Shown here piece after piece: positions 37,372 through 48,632 of a stretch of DNA of 64,000 nt. This DNA comes from Dictyostelium discoideum. Its lineage: Eukaryota. Made by a program: the position numbers and the translations under genes. The stretch spans positions 1,952,001 through 2,016,000 of the forward strand of contig CM000154.2 in assembly GCA_000004695.1 (NCBI GenBank). Reading direction: 5' to 3'. The notes beneath the pieces are model-generated. The model saw only the letters and a list, made by a program, of their open reading frames with translations, ran no database searches and was not told the origin of the DNA. Positions within the stretch are counted from its first letter, which is position 1. Each line of letters begins with the position of its first letter.

Positions 37372-37745
37372 GTAGTTGTAAAATTAGTAGCAGTAGTTGT
37401 TATTGTGTACCATTACCTTGGAATCAATCACTCGATTATCAATTAGTGGATTCTTTATCAAATCAAATTGAAAAAAAAGTAGCATCTTATAAATTTGATC
37501 AACTTCATGATTTAATTCGATTCATCAGAAATACTCTACAACATTATAATCAAATTTATAGAGATTTAAAACAAATTTTACCAAATAGTGATATTTTAGA
37601 GTCATTAAAATCACAACAGTCGGCTTTAAATTATTTCGAATCCAAATTTCCAACTCTAATAATTTTTTTATTTAATCATTTTAGTGCTATACCTGAAATT
37701 AAAAATTCTATCCATTTTTCAAATGATACTTGTTCAATTTTTTAA
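34128..37745 (+). CDS. IRE1-like protein: Ser/Thr kinase domain followed by a KEN (kinase-extension nuclease) RNase domain, with no ER-luminal sensor or TM segment (the irl-type IRE1-like family). The 5' end is uncertain; the first in-frame ATG is at 34248.
   Basis: Kinase: LGRGSNGTLVFKG, VAIKQM, HNDLNPRNILV (variant HRD), ISDLGLSK (variant DFG), PTGQDGYHPVE. KEN: HPLFWDSLKKIKFLESSLRLLGDH...DLIRFIRNTLQHYNQIYRDLKQILPN...YFESKFPTLIIFLFNHF (compare IRE1 DLLRALRNKKHHYRELP...YFTSRFPHLL). The track ORF start at 34128 is TTG. An acceptor-like TATTATTAG sits at 34101-34109, but no upstream coding exon was found. Confidence 0.7.
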
Positions 37746-37889
37746 AACTAAAAATAAAAATAATAAAATTAATTTTCGAAAATATGTTTGGTTTTTATTG
37801 TTTCTTTTTTAATAATTTTTAATATTTTTTTTTTTTTGAAAGAAGATTTTATAATCTTTTTACAGTAAATTTTCAAAGAAATTTCATCC

Positions 37890-37962
37890 GGTTTTATAGT
37901 GTAATTGGTTAGCACCCAGGACTTTGAATCCTGTAATCTGAGTTCGAGTCTCAGTAGAACCA
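37890..37962 (+). tRNA. tRNA-Gln (anticodon UUG).
   Basis: GGTTTTATAGTGTAATTGGTTAGCACCCAGGACTTTGAATCCTGTAATCTGAGTTCGAGTCTCAGTAGAACCA. It forms a cloverleaf with a 7-bp acceptor stem, A-box TAGTGTAATTGG, B-box GAGTTCGAGTCTC, anticodon loop CTTTGAA, and near-identity to the canonical eukaryotic tRNA-Gln(UUG) sequence as I remember it. A T-run terminator follows. Confidence 0.9.
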
Positions 37963-37987
37963 TTTTTTAAATATCTTAAAAAAAGGT

Positions 37988-37998
37988 TAAAGGTTCGA
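37988..37998 (+). promoter_or_regulatory. External B-box (ex-B, GGTTCGATTCC) ~26 bp downstream of tRNA-Gln.
   Basis: The isolated GGTTCGATTCC T-loop/B-box consensus has no surrounding tRNA structure. Dictyostelium tRNA genes characteristically carry such a downstream ex-B box, which is a TFIIIC site. Confidence 0.6.
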
Positions 37999-38044
37999 TT
38001 CCGGAATAAATATTTTGAACAAACATTTTTCCCTTTAAAAAAAG

Positions 38045-38222
38045 ATTGGTGAACTTGAATATAATTTTTAAGAATTTAATCAAATTTTTTTTGGAAAAAA
38101 AATTTAAATTCCTTTATAAAAAGATTGATAGGAACTTCGATGTGGTTTTTAAGAATTAAATTTAATTAGTAATATACATTGATACTTTAGTGGTTTATAA
38201 GAATTAAATAAAATTATTTTTT
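38045..38222. repeat. Three degenerate ~75-bp direct repeats (GATTG.T.GAACTT(C)GA...TTTTAAGAATT(T/A)AAT...) directly downstream of the tRNA and ex-B box.
   Basis: Copies start at about 38045, 38125 and 38186, and each ends in TTTTTAAGAATTAAAT-like cores. Confidence 0.4.
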
Positions 38223-38252
38223 ATTTTTTTCAACTTTCCTAAATTTATAAAA

Positions 38253-38302
38253 AATGAAGATTGTGAATGTTGAGTCAACATTCAACATTCACAATCTTCA
38301 TT
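38253..38302. repeat. Near-perfect 21-bp inverted repeat (hairpin) with an 8-nt palindromic spacer.
   Basis: AATGAAGATTGTGAATGTTGA-gtcaacat-TCAACATTCACAATCTTCATT. The arms are exact reverse complements. Confidence 0.8.
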
Positions 38303-38799
38303 TTTTTTTATATGAAACATTTATTTTGATTCCTAGGCAAAGTAATTGAATTTTATTTGGAAATAAAAAAAAAAATAGTGAATGTTTTGGTTTTTTTTTT
38401 TTTTTTTAGAGTTTTTTTTTATTTGAATTTTTTTTTTTCAACTTTTGTCTCAAGCTTTTTTTTCAATTTTTTTATCAACTTTCCAAAGCACCCATCCAAT
38501 TTGGTTTACAATTTTTCAAATTTGGTTTTTATTTTTTATTTTTTTTTTATTTTTTTTTTTTCCTTTTTTTTTTTTTATTTTTTTTTTATATTTTTTTAAG
38601 GTAGATCTACATCCCTTTCAACCATACATCTCAATCATCAAAATATAACTCAAACAAAAATTATTATATAACAACATTATTAAAAAATTTTTAAAAATAA
38701 TAAATCATAATTTGGTTGACCTCCACCCAATCTTGATAACAAAAAAAAAAAAAAAAAAAAAAAAAAAATAAAAAAAAAAATAATTAACAAAATACAAAA

Positions 38800-39140
38800 A
38801 TTTCACCACACACACACCAAAAATTCTATTATTAAAAAAATATAAAAATAAAAATAAAAATAATTAAAAAATAATTAAAAATAAAAAAAACTGTTGAGGT
38901 CAACCCATCATCAACAAAATACCATATTAATAATATTCATTATATGTATAAATAATTAATAATTTTTTTTTTTAAAAAAAAAAAAAAAAATAAAAAAGTT
39001 ACATTTTCTCACACACACTCAATTAAAAAAATTTAAAAAATAAAAAAAACAATAATAAAAAATATATAAAAAAAAAAAAAAAAAAAAAAACATTTATTTA
39101 TTCACTCACCTTCATTTTCAGTCACTCACCCACTTCTCTC
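38800..39140 (+). promoter_or_regulatory. CA-rich (ACACAC/CACCC/CACTCAC) blocks in an A-rich desert upstream of the N-rich gene. Possible promoter CA-elements.
   Basis: CACCACACACACC (38803), CTCACACACACTC (39009), CATTCACTCACCTTCATTTTCAGTCACTCACCCACTTCTCTC (39096-39137). These are unusual C-content islands in ~90% AT sequence. Confidence 0.2.
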
Positions 39141-39520
39141 AACAATATATAAAAGTTAAAAAAAAAAAAAAAGCTTTCTAAATAAAAAGAATTTAAAAAA
39201 ACATTCACTCAATTTTAAATATAGGTTTAAACCTATATTAATTTCTTTTTTTTTCCTCAACTTAATTTTCAAATTATCTAAATTTATTATTTTCTTTCAA
39301 TTCCAGTTCATTTTTTATCAACTTTTTTTTTAATAATTAAAAAAAAAAAAAATAAAAAAAAAGGTTTTTTTTTTTTTTTTTTTTAATTTTAACAAAGAAT
39401 ATATAGAAGAAAAAAAAAAAAAAAAAAAAAAAAAACCAATTCCCATTTTAATATAAATAATTAAAAAAATACAACTTAAAAAAAAAAAAAAAAACCCAAA
39501 AAAAAATTTTTTTTCCCCAG

Positions 39521-39736
39521 GGGGAAAAAGAGATTATGATGAGGCTTGTGAAGATTGGGATCCCTCAATAGGAGTTGACCAAACAAATGGTAATAGTAAT
39601 TTTAATAATGAATTCTCAAATAATGGAATTGATTCAAGTAATGGTAATTTCAATCAATTCAATACTAATACTAATAACAATAATAATAATAATAATAATA
39701 ATATTAATAGTAATTTAAATAATGGTTTAAATATTA

Positions 39737-39774
<38 letters not shown>

Positions 39775-40636
39775 CTAATTAACAATAGTAATAATAATAA
39801 TAATAATAATAACAATTCATTATCAACTAGTTTATCAAATAATTCAGTACCATTAACAATATCAAGTAATAATCAAAATTCTTTAGTTCCATCTAATAAT
39901 AATAATAATTCAACCAACAATAATAACAATAATAATAATAATAATAATAATTCAACAACCAATAACACAAGTACAACTACAACCACAGGATCAACATCAA
40001 CATCAATTACAACGACAACTACAAGTGGTACCAGTAAAAAAGGTGAAAGAAAGCGTACTAAATTTCCAGAGGAAGAAGTTAAAGTTTTATGTGATTTGGT
40101 TATATTATTTGGAAAAGATGTTAGAACCATACTGACATTTAAACCATTTAGTGGCGGAAAGTATTCAGAAAGACAAATCTATGATAAAGTGCGTGCATTG
40201 AAAAGAACTGGTTTAGTACCAACTAATCCAACATCTGATGATATTAAAAAATCTAGATTTGATTTGGGTATTGCTGATAATGTTGATATTCAATCTTTGA
40301 AAAGTACTAAAAAAGGAAGACTTTCAAATTATGTTTCAAATAGTTCACAATCTTCTGATTCTGATTATTCATCTTCTGATCATGAAGATGATGATTATAT
40401 ACCAAATTCAACTTTATCATCTTCCTCAACTTTACCAATTCCTTCAAATCCAAATTCAAATAAACGTTTAATTATATCACGTAATCCTAATCAGTTAAGT
40501 TCAACAAATGTAAATAATAATATTAATAATAGTGGTGGTAGTAGTAATAATAATAATAATAGTAATAGTATAAATAATAATAATAATAATAATATAAATA
40601 ATATAAATAATAATAATAATAATATTAATAATAATA

Positions 40637-40667
<31 letters not shown>

Positions 40668-40723
40668 TATTAACAATAATAATAATAGTAATAATAGTAA
40701 TAGTATTCATAATAATAATAATA

Positions 40724-40804
<81 letters not shown>

Positions 40805-41819
40805 ATAGTAATAGTAATAATAATAATAATAATTCAAATGGTAATATTACACCAACAACACCAGTAACAAGTAGTCGTAGAAGTATTCAAATTTTACAAG
40901 AAAATGCAAATCATTTAATTTCACAAATTCAAAATCAAATGTCAACAACTCCACCAATTACACCGACATCTCATCATAATGCAATTCCAATTCAATCATT
41001 ATCAAACGAAATAATCAATACACCCTCAAGAACACGTGAGAGGGATAGAATAGAAAAAGAAAAGGAAAAATTGGAAAAAGAAAGACTTGAAAAATTGGAA
41101 CAAAAAGAAAAAGAGAGATTGGAAAAATTGGAGAAAAAGAATCAACAAAAATTATTAGAACAACAAAAAGAACAACAACAAAAAGAACAACAACAACAAC
41201 AAAAACAACAAAAAAATAATCGCCATCATCTTGATTTAACAGATGATGAGGATGAGGATGATGATGAAAATTCATTAAAAAGTGATAACTCAAATAATGA
41301 AAAAGATGTAAATTTAAGTAATAATAGTAGTAATAAAGGTAGTGGTAAATTAAATTTAACTGGTAATAGTGTTTTTGATTATTACTCAACTGGTCATAAT
41401 TTATCATTATATAAATCAATAAAAACAAGTCCATCTTCAATGGTAACAATACCATCACCATCCTCTTCATGTTCATCAACCAGTAGTATTATTGGTTCAA
41501 GTAGTAGTAGTGGTGGTGGTGGCGGAAGTAGTGGTGTTATAGGTATAAGTAGTAAATATAATTATTCATTTAATCCATTCACAACAACTTCAATAACATC
41601 ATTATTACCTACAACTGTAAATAGTAATTCAAATAGTAGTGGTAATGGTAGTAGTAATAATAGTACACCTATTGTTAATGTAATCTCTACTTCAAATTCA
41701 AATTCAAATTCAAATAGCTTCTTTAAATATGAAACCGATAATAACCTCTTTATATATTATCCATTTTTTAATCAAAATACAAATTCAAATAATTATACTT
41801 TTGAAAGAGGTAATAAAAA

Positions 41820-41870
<51 letters not shown>

Positions 41871-42162
41871 CATTTAAAATTTGATTGATAATTTTTACTA
41901 ATTATTATTTTATTATTTTATTATTTTAGATTTATTAACACTTACTGTAGAGGTACCTTCAATTTTTGATTGGATAAAGGATAAACAACCACAAAATATT
42001 GATAAAAAAATTAAAATTGAATTTCCACATCCAGGTAAAAATTATGGACCACCAAGAAAAGTAAACAAATTACCTGAAGGTATAAATGGTGTTGGTTTTA
42101 TTTTTGAAAAGATTAAGCAAGGAAGTGTTGATTTTGATATTTCAATATTATAAATATTTAAT
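39521..42162 (+). CDS. N/S/T-rich low-complexity protein with a basic KRTKF... Myb/SANT-like segment and a KE-rich coiled-coil. The 5' start is unresolved. Exons: join(<39521..41809, 41930..42162).
   Basis: The reading frame is open from 39451 through 41809 (>780 codons) with no in-frame ATG. The nearest ATGs (39536, 39539) are in another frame. A strong acceptor TTTTTTTTCCCCAG|GG lies at 39520. The 3' intron GAAAGAG|GTAATA...TTATTTTAG|AT (120 nt) joins a clean 77-codon terminal exon (DLLTLTVEVPSIFDWIKDKQPQN...DISIL*). Confidence 0.5.
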
Positions 42163-42268
42163 AAATTTTTTTGGAAAAAAAAAAAAAAAAAAAAAAAAGA
42201 CATTAAAATAATGATATAATTATTTAATTTTATTATTATTTATTTATTTATTTAAATTTAAATTAAAA

Positions 42269-44909
42269 TTAAATTGTTAATTGAACTAAAATTTTTTGAA
42301 TTAAATTTGTTAATGATTGTGGTGCATCTTGTTTTGATTTTAAAGTTTTTAATTCAGAAATAACATTTTGATCTTTCATTTTTTTACAAATTGATTCATC
42401 TAAAGAGAAATTGTAAAAAATATTTGAAAGGATAACATTTTGAAGTTCGGTACTAAAATTACAATTTGATTGAATTTGTGCAATTAATTTTTGATGATTT
42501 GGATCGGTAGTAATTGTTGATTGTTCTCTTGAGAGTTGTTGGAAAGGAATGATTGAAAGGGATAAAACTTCAACCAAATCTTTTACCCATGATGGACGTG
42601 ATAAAAAGAGTTGTTTATCATGTTTAATGAGTAAAACTAAACCTTTTGCACCTTCAACTTGTAAAATTGGGAAAGGAGATTGTAATAAACTAAAGAATGG
42701 TTCAACTGATTCCTCAATCAATTGTTTCATTTTCTCTTGATGATTTGATAATTCAGAATTATCTAAAAATCTAAGTAATAATCTAGTTGCTTCATAAATT
42801 ACTCTCATATCTTTCTTTGATTGTTTCTTTTCATTTGTTTTTTCATCTGTTTTTTCATCTGTTTTTTCAATTGTTTTTTCTTTTTCTTCAAATTTCTCTT
42901 CAATTTCTTGAATTTTAGCATCATCTAATTGTAATTGTTCTTGTTGATCAGATTCATCATCCATACTTGCAGGTACTCTACCATTGGCTAAATCCAATAA
43001 TGATTGAAGAGCATTTGGAAATTCCAAGAATAATTTTAAGTTTGATTGATCACAACCAATGAAATTCTTTATCAAAGATAAAGCAGCGAATTGAATGACT
43101 TGATTGTGTACTTTTGAATTGAAAACTACATCTTCCATCAAAGTTGAACTTGGTTTGAAACCTTTGTTTATAGTTGGAAGTGTGAGATTTCTAATGGAAG
43201 ATAAACCTAAATGTTGAATTGGTTGAAAATTTGGAAACTTTTTCATGATATCAGCAATTAGCTCAATGACATTGTATGAATTTAATAATCTACAATTTGG
43301 TTCGGATCTTGCGAGATTACCAATGATCATTTCACCATTTACAATTCTTTCAGTGTCTTCAGTATCGACCAATAAATCAACGAAAATCTTTGGAGTTTTA
43401 ATGAATTTATCGATTACATCATCCTCTAATGAACATAATGCAATGGTTTTCGTTATGTTTTTCTTCACTTTGGCAACATCCAATGCTTTCAATTGAGCCT
43501 TGCTATCGCCATCTTTATAGGCTGGTGGTGGTGATGTCATTATTTTTATCATTCTATCCAAAATGTTATTTGCATCGTTTCCATCTCTTTCCTTATTATA
43601 AAAGTATTGTCTATAGTCATCATTATCGGCTAATTTAAATATTAACTCTGATGTTGATGGTGCAATTGAAATATCCTTATCCTTTTCAATATCATCATCT
43701 TCAAATTGATTAATCATTTCTCTATGTACATTTGATTCTTCAATTAATTCAATTAAATCATTTAAAAATCCTTCTTTTAATATTTCTTTTTGTAAATCCT
43801 CTATTTTTCATTAAAAAAAAAAAAAATTTAAAAAAAAAAAAAAATTAAAATTAAAAATTATTATTATATTAATATCTTTTTAATGAATTCATTCAATATG
43901 AAAATTTAAGAGATATATATATAGAGATTGAAAAAAAAAAAAACCTACTATTAAGAGAAAGAGTTGATAATGATGAAACCAAATCATTAGCGAATGAATT
44001 TTCATAATAACCTTCTTTATTTAATGATTTCTTTAATTGTCCTAATAATCTATGAATTTCTTTGAAATGAATATCAACTTGAGTATTTTCTATTAAAATA
44101 ACAAATTAAAAATTTAAATAAAAATAAAAATATATTAATATTATACTATTATTTGATTTTATTTGAATTTATAATATTACCATTATCAACTAAATTATTA
44201 AATGCTTTAATTGCCATTTGATTAACTTCATCAGTTGTACCTTCTCTACAAATTAAATCGATTAAAATTGAAACTACTCCTAATTTAAAGAATTCAAGTT
44301 GAATAAAATCTAAAATAATAATAATAATAAAAATAATAATAATAAAAAAAATTAGTTTAAAAAAAATAATAAAAAATAATAAAAAAAAAAAAAAAAGATT
44401 AAATCTTACCAGTTTCAGAAGAAAGATTTGCAATGGCAGCACAAGAAGTTCTTTGTAATGATTGATACTTTGTTTGAGATACAAAACTTGAAATATATTT
44501 TAAAATGGAAGGAGTTTTATCAAAGATAAATTCACGATTTGGTGCATTTTCATAGGTTAAATTACCAAGTAATCTACAAACCATTGAAAATAATTCTGAT
44601 TGTTCAACTGTAGTATCTGTATTTAATGTTTCTACGCCATTTGGTAATAAGAATTCAAATAATTGAAAAGTTTTTTCAATTACATTTGATGGTGATCTAA
44701 TGATTGTTTCTCTATTATCTTCAACTTTTGACCAATCTGCTAATGTCTTATAAATTAATGTATTACTTTCAATAACTGTTTTCCCTTTTGATTTATTATC
44801 AATCTTTTTAATTAATAACTCTACTGCTTCTTCAGAATAATGTTCTGTATCTATAAATTAAATAATTTAAAAAAAAATAAAAAATAAAAAATAATTGTTA
44901 ATAATAATT

Positions 44910-44941
<32 letters not shown>

Positions 44942-45019
44942 TCATTATTATTATTACATACCTTTATCTTTATATTGTGAACCACCTAATTCATTAATTA
45001 ATTTTTGTATCTCTTCCAT
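42269..45019 (-). CDS. darA: Armadillo-repeat protein darlin, the SmgGDS (RAP1GDS1) homologue, 766 aa. Exons: complement join(44962..45019, 44410..44850, 44181..44309, 43949..44089, 42269..43800).
   Basis: SmgGDS-like ARM motifs: RLLGNLTYENAPNREFI (compare RALGNICYD), HLGLSSIRNLTLPTINKGF (compare QHAALSALRNLAIPVINKAK). All four introns are phase 1 (GTATGT/GTAAGA/GTAATA/GTAGGT...AG). Total 2301 nt is 767 codons, giving 766 aa, which I recall as the published length of Dictyostelium darlin. Confidence 0.7.
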
Positions 45020-45266
45020 TTTCAATATTTTATTTTTACTTTTTGAAAAAAAAAAATAAAAAAAAATGAAAAAAAAAATTTTATTTTAATGTCACTTCAG
45101 GGTAGGAGAAATAAAAAAAATAAAAAAAAAAAAAATTGAAAATAAAAAAAAAAGGGGTGGTTTTTGGTGGGTTAAATATTATTCAATGAATATTATTCAA
45201 AAAAAAAAATTATTATTTATTTATGATTTATTTTTAGAATTATTTTTAAATCATTAATATTTTTTA

Positions 45267-45270
<4 letters not shown>

Positions 45271-45335
<65 letters not shown>
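45271..45335. repeat. (ATT)n microsatellite (~20 units) in the darA / thioesterase intergenic region.
   Basis: Uninterrupted attattatt... run. Confidence 0.9.
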
Positions 45336-45336
<1 letters not shown>

Positions 45337-45455
45337 TTATTATTATTTTTTTCTAAATTATTAAAAAAATAATTCAATAATTATTGTTTTTCATTTTTAT
45401 ATATATATGTATTTATTAAATTATTTGAATTTTTTATTTTTAATTTTTTATTTTT

Positions 45456-46557
45456 TTATTTTGAAATTAATGGTAAAATATATTGATTGAATAAATCTTC
45501 TCTTCTTAACCAATCAGCATGTTTAACACCATCAACTTGAGTTAATTTTAATTTACCTTGATTATCTAATGTTTTTAAACCATATGAATCTTGTTGATAT
45601 GAGTAAGTTTCATTAATTGGAATCATAACCATATTTTCATTATAATAACCAAATAATTCTGAAATCCATGGATCAACGACTTCATCATCTTGTGAACCAA
45701 ATGCATTGAATGAACCACCAATACTACTAACAAAATTTGCTTTAAACTCTGGTGTTAACTCTGATAACTCTTGGTTAAGTGCTGGTAAAAAGAAATTCTC
45801 TTTTATATATCTATCATTATCTTTTGGATCATTCCACCAATTTGCAACACTAAATTCCTTTTGCATTGATGATGAATACATTAAATCTGTTAATTCCTTA
45901 TCTGTAAAATTACCAAACCAATAATCATTTGTAAATCCAACTCCAAAACTTTTTTTTTTTTTTATTTTTAAAAATAAAAATAGAAAAAAGGGTGGGGTGG
46001 TATGAAATAAAATAAATAAAAATTAATAATTGTTTAAAAATGAAAATATGTGTTTGTTTTTTTTTTTTTTTTTTTATGGATTGAATTTTTTGGATTTTTT
46101 ATATTTATAGTTTTAATTTTTTTAAAAAAACTTACACCCCATTATGAACACCAGCCAATGAAATAAAATTATCAACTTTGAAACCATACATTTCTACAAG
46201 TGATCTCATTAAAAGAGCACCTTGTGAATGAGCAATAATATGGAAACCATTTGCAAATGATGAATTATTTTCAAGGATTGAAGTCATTAATAAATAAATA
46301 TCGTTGATTTGAGTGAACATTGGTTTGGTTGATTTAAGATGATTGTCAACATCTAATGCAATTGCAATTTGATCTGGATTATTTTTTTGAATATATTTTA
46401 ACATTGTATCCCAATCAGTATTTGCTCCACAATCTTCGGAAATTGCAAATCCGTGCATTAATAAAATTGGTTTATATGAATCTGATTGAGATTTAACAAT
46501 ACAAACAACACTTAATAAAAGTGTACTTAAAATAAAAGTAATAAATAATTTATTCAT
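45456..46557 (-). CDS. Palmitoyl-protein thioesterase (PPT1-like lysosomal thioesterase, α/β-hydrolase), 304 aa. Exons: complement join(46136..46557, 45456..45948).
   Basis: Signal peptide MNKLFITFILSTLLLSVVCIVKS. Catalytic GxSxG motif IIAHSQGALL. The splice ..HNGV|FGVGFTNDYW... matches the PPT1 segment GGQHQGVFGLP as I recall it. Donor GTAAGT, acceptor ...AAAAAG, 187-nt intron. Total 915 nt is 305 codons. Confidence 0.8.
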
Positions 46558-47254
46558 CTTTTACTACTACTGTTACAACTATTACTAGTACCTAAACAAT
46601 AAATAATAACAAACTAACCACTGCTGAATTTAAAAAAAAAAAAAAAAAAAATTTTTTTTCGAAATTTCTGATTGATTTTTTTTTTTTTTTTTTTTTTTTT
46701 TTGGGTTTTTCCCGTAGTTAATTTTATTTTTTTATTTTTTTATTTTTATTTTTTCATTTTTATTTTTATTTTAATATTTAATTTAAAATATTTTAAAAAG
46801 AGATTATTCTAAATTATTATTTATTATTACTATATATATATATTATTATTATTACTATTATTTTTATCTATTTAGGTATTTTTTTTTTTTAAAATTAATT
46901 ATTCCAAACATTTTGAAATGTTTTTTTTTTTTCCTCTTTTAATTTTTTTTTTTTTTTTTTTTAATTTTTTAATTATTACTTGACAAATAAAAAAATAAAA
47001 AAATAAAAAATTTAAAAAAATAAAATAAAAAAAAATTATTAATTTAAAAGTATAAAAACTTTTTTTTTTTTTTTTTTATTTTTTCATTTTCTATTTTTTT
47101 TTTTAAATAATTCCTAACTTTCAAATTTTAGTTGATGTAAAATGTAAATATAAATTTTTTAATACTTTCCATGATTATTTATTTTTTAATTTTTTTTCTT
47201 CTATTTTTAATAATATTAGAAAATAATATTATTAAAATATAAATAAAGAAATAA

Positions 47255-47285
<31 letters not shown>

Positions 47286-48008
47286 ATCTTCATAATAAAC
47301 TTTAAATATATAAATATAGTATAAATATATTATAAATATTATTTTAAAACGATATCAAATTGAAATTCTGTTTATATTTAATTTTTTAATTATTTTTTTT
47401 TTTTAACACTATTTGTTTTTTTTTTTTTTTTTTTTTTTATTTTTTTTTTTTTTTTTCTTTTTCTTTTTTTTTTTTCAAAAATAATTTTTCAACGTTAAAA
47501 ACACCTCTTTCTTTTTATAATTAAATAAATCACAATAATAATTATTTTTTAATTTTTGTTAAATAAATCACAATAATAATTTTATTTAATTTATTATTTT
47601 TAAAATTTCTCTGTCATTGGAAAATTTTTTTTTTTGTTTTTTTTTTTTTTTTTTTTTTCACTTTTTTTTTTTTTTTTTTTTTCATTTTTTTTTTTTTTTT
47701 TTTTTGGACCAAAATATATTCCACTTGCTTTCGTTATACTAAAATAATTAATATATTAGTAAAATATTAAGCAAATTTTATTTTTAAAAATATATATATA
47801 TATTAAAAAAAATTACAAATAAAAATAATAATTATTCAAATATTTTACATAGAATAAAAAAATTATTTAAAATACAAATAATAATATTTTTTTTTTATAA
47901 AAAATTAAAATAAATAAAAAATAAAAAATAAAAAAAAGACTATAAATAAATAAAAAAAAATAAAAAAAGAAAAAAAAAAAATGTCAACAAACACAACACC
48001 AAATAAAA

Positions 48009-48594
48009 ATGCACCAAGGTAGCCCACCAAATAATAATCAAAAATCACCAGTGGCTAGTCCAAATACAGTTTTAAAACAAATTGAAAATGGAAAATTTAG
48101 GATTAATTTTACAGCAAAAAAAACAACAAACCCTGATGACAATATTACACTTGCTGACGATCCTTTAAATATTACCTCTGAGAAAGAAATAGAAGTTGGT
48201 AATAATAATAATAATTTAAATGAAAATTTTAAAAATAACGAAGAATCTATGGATATTGAAAAATCAATTAATAAAATTAATGGTGGTTCAAAAGAAAACG
48301 GTAGTGAAAACACAATTACAAATGGAAAAAATGAAAATGGTAATCATATAAATTCTAATGATTCAAAAAACGATAATTTAGAAAATAATAAAAAATTAAA
48401 TGGTAAAAACGAAGATGGTATGTATATTTTTTTTTTTTTTTTTTCTTTTAATCATTTTTTAAAATAAATTATATATTTTTTTTTTAAAAAAATAAAAATA
48501 AATTTAAAATAAAAAAAAATAAATCAAAAATTAAATAATAAAATCAAAAACAAATAAAAAATTAAATAACAAGACATAAAAAAAAAAAAAAAAC

Positions 48595-48632
<38 letters not shown>

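Noticed and set aside
37981-38010. A possible second tRNA or tRNA fragment (GGTTCGATTCC).
   Set aside because: Only the B-box/T-loop consensus is present, with no acceptor or anticodon arms. It is interpreted as the ex-B box associated with the upstream tRNA-Gln.
40491-41479. Antisense ORFs 40491..40676, 40501..40710 and 41015..41479.
   Set aside because: They are reverse-strand readings of (AAT)n/(ATT)n repeats within the N-rich gene.
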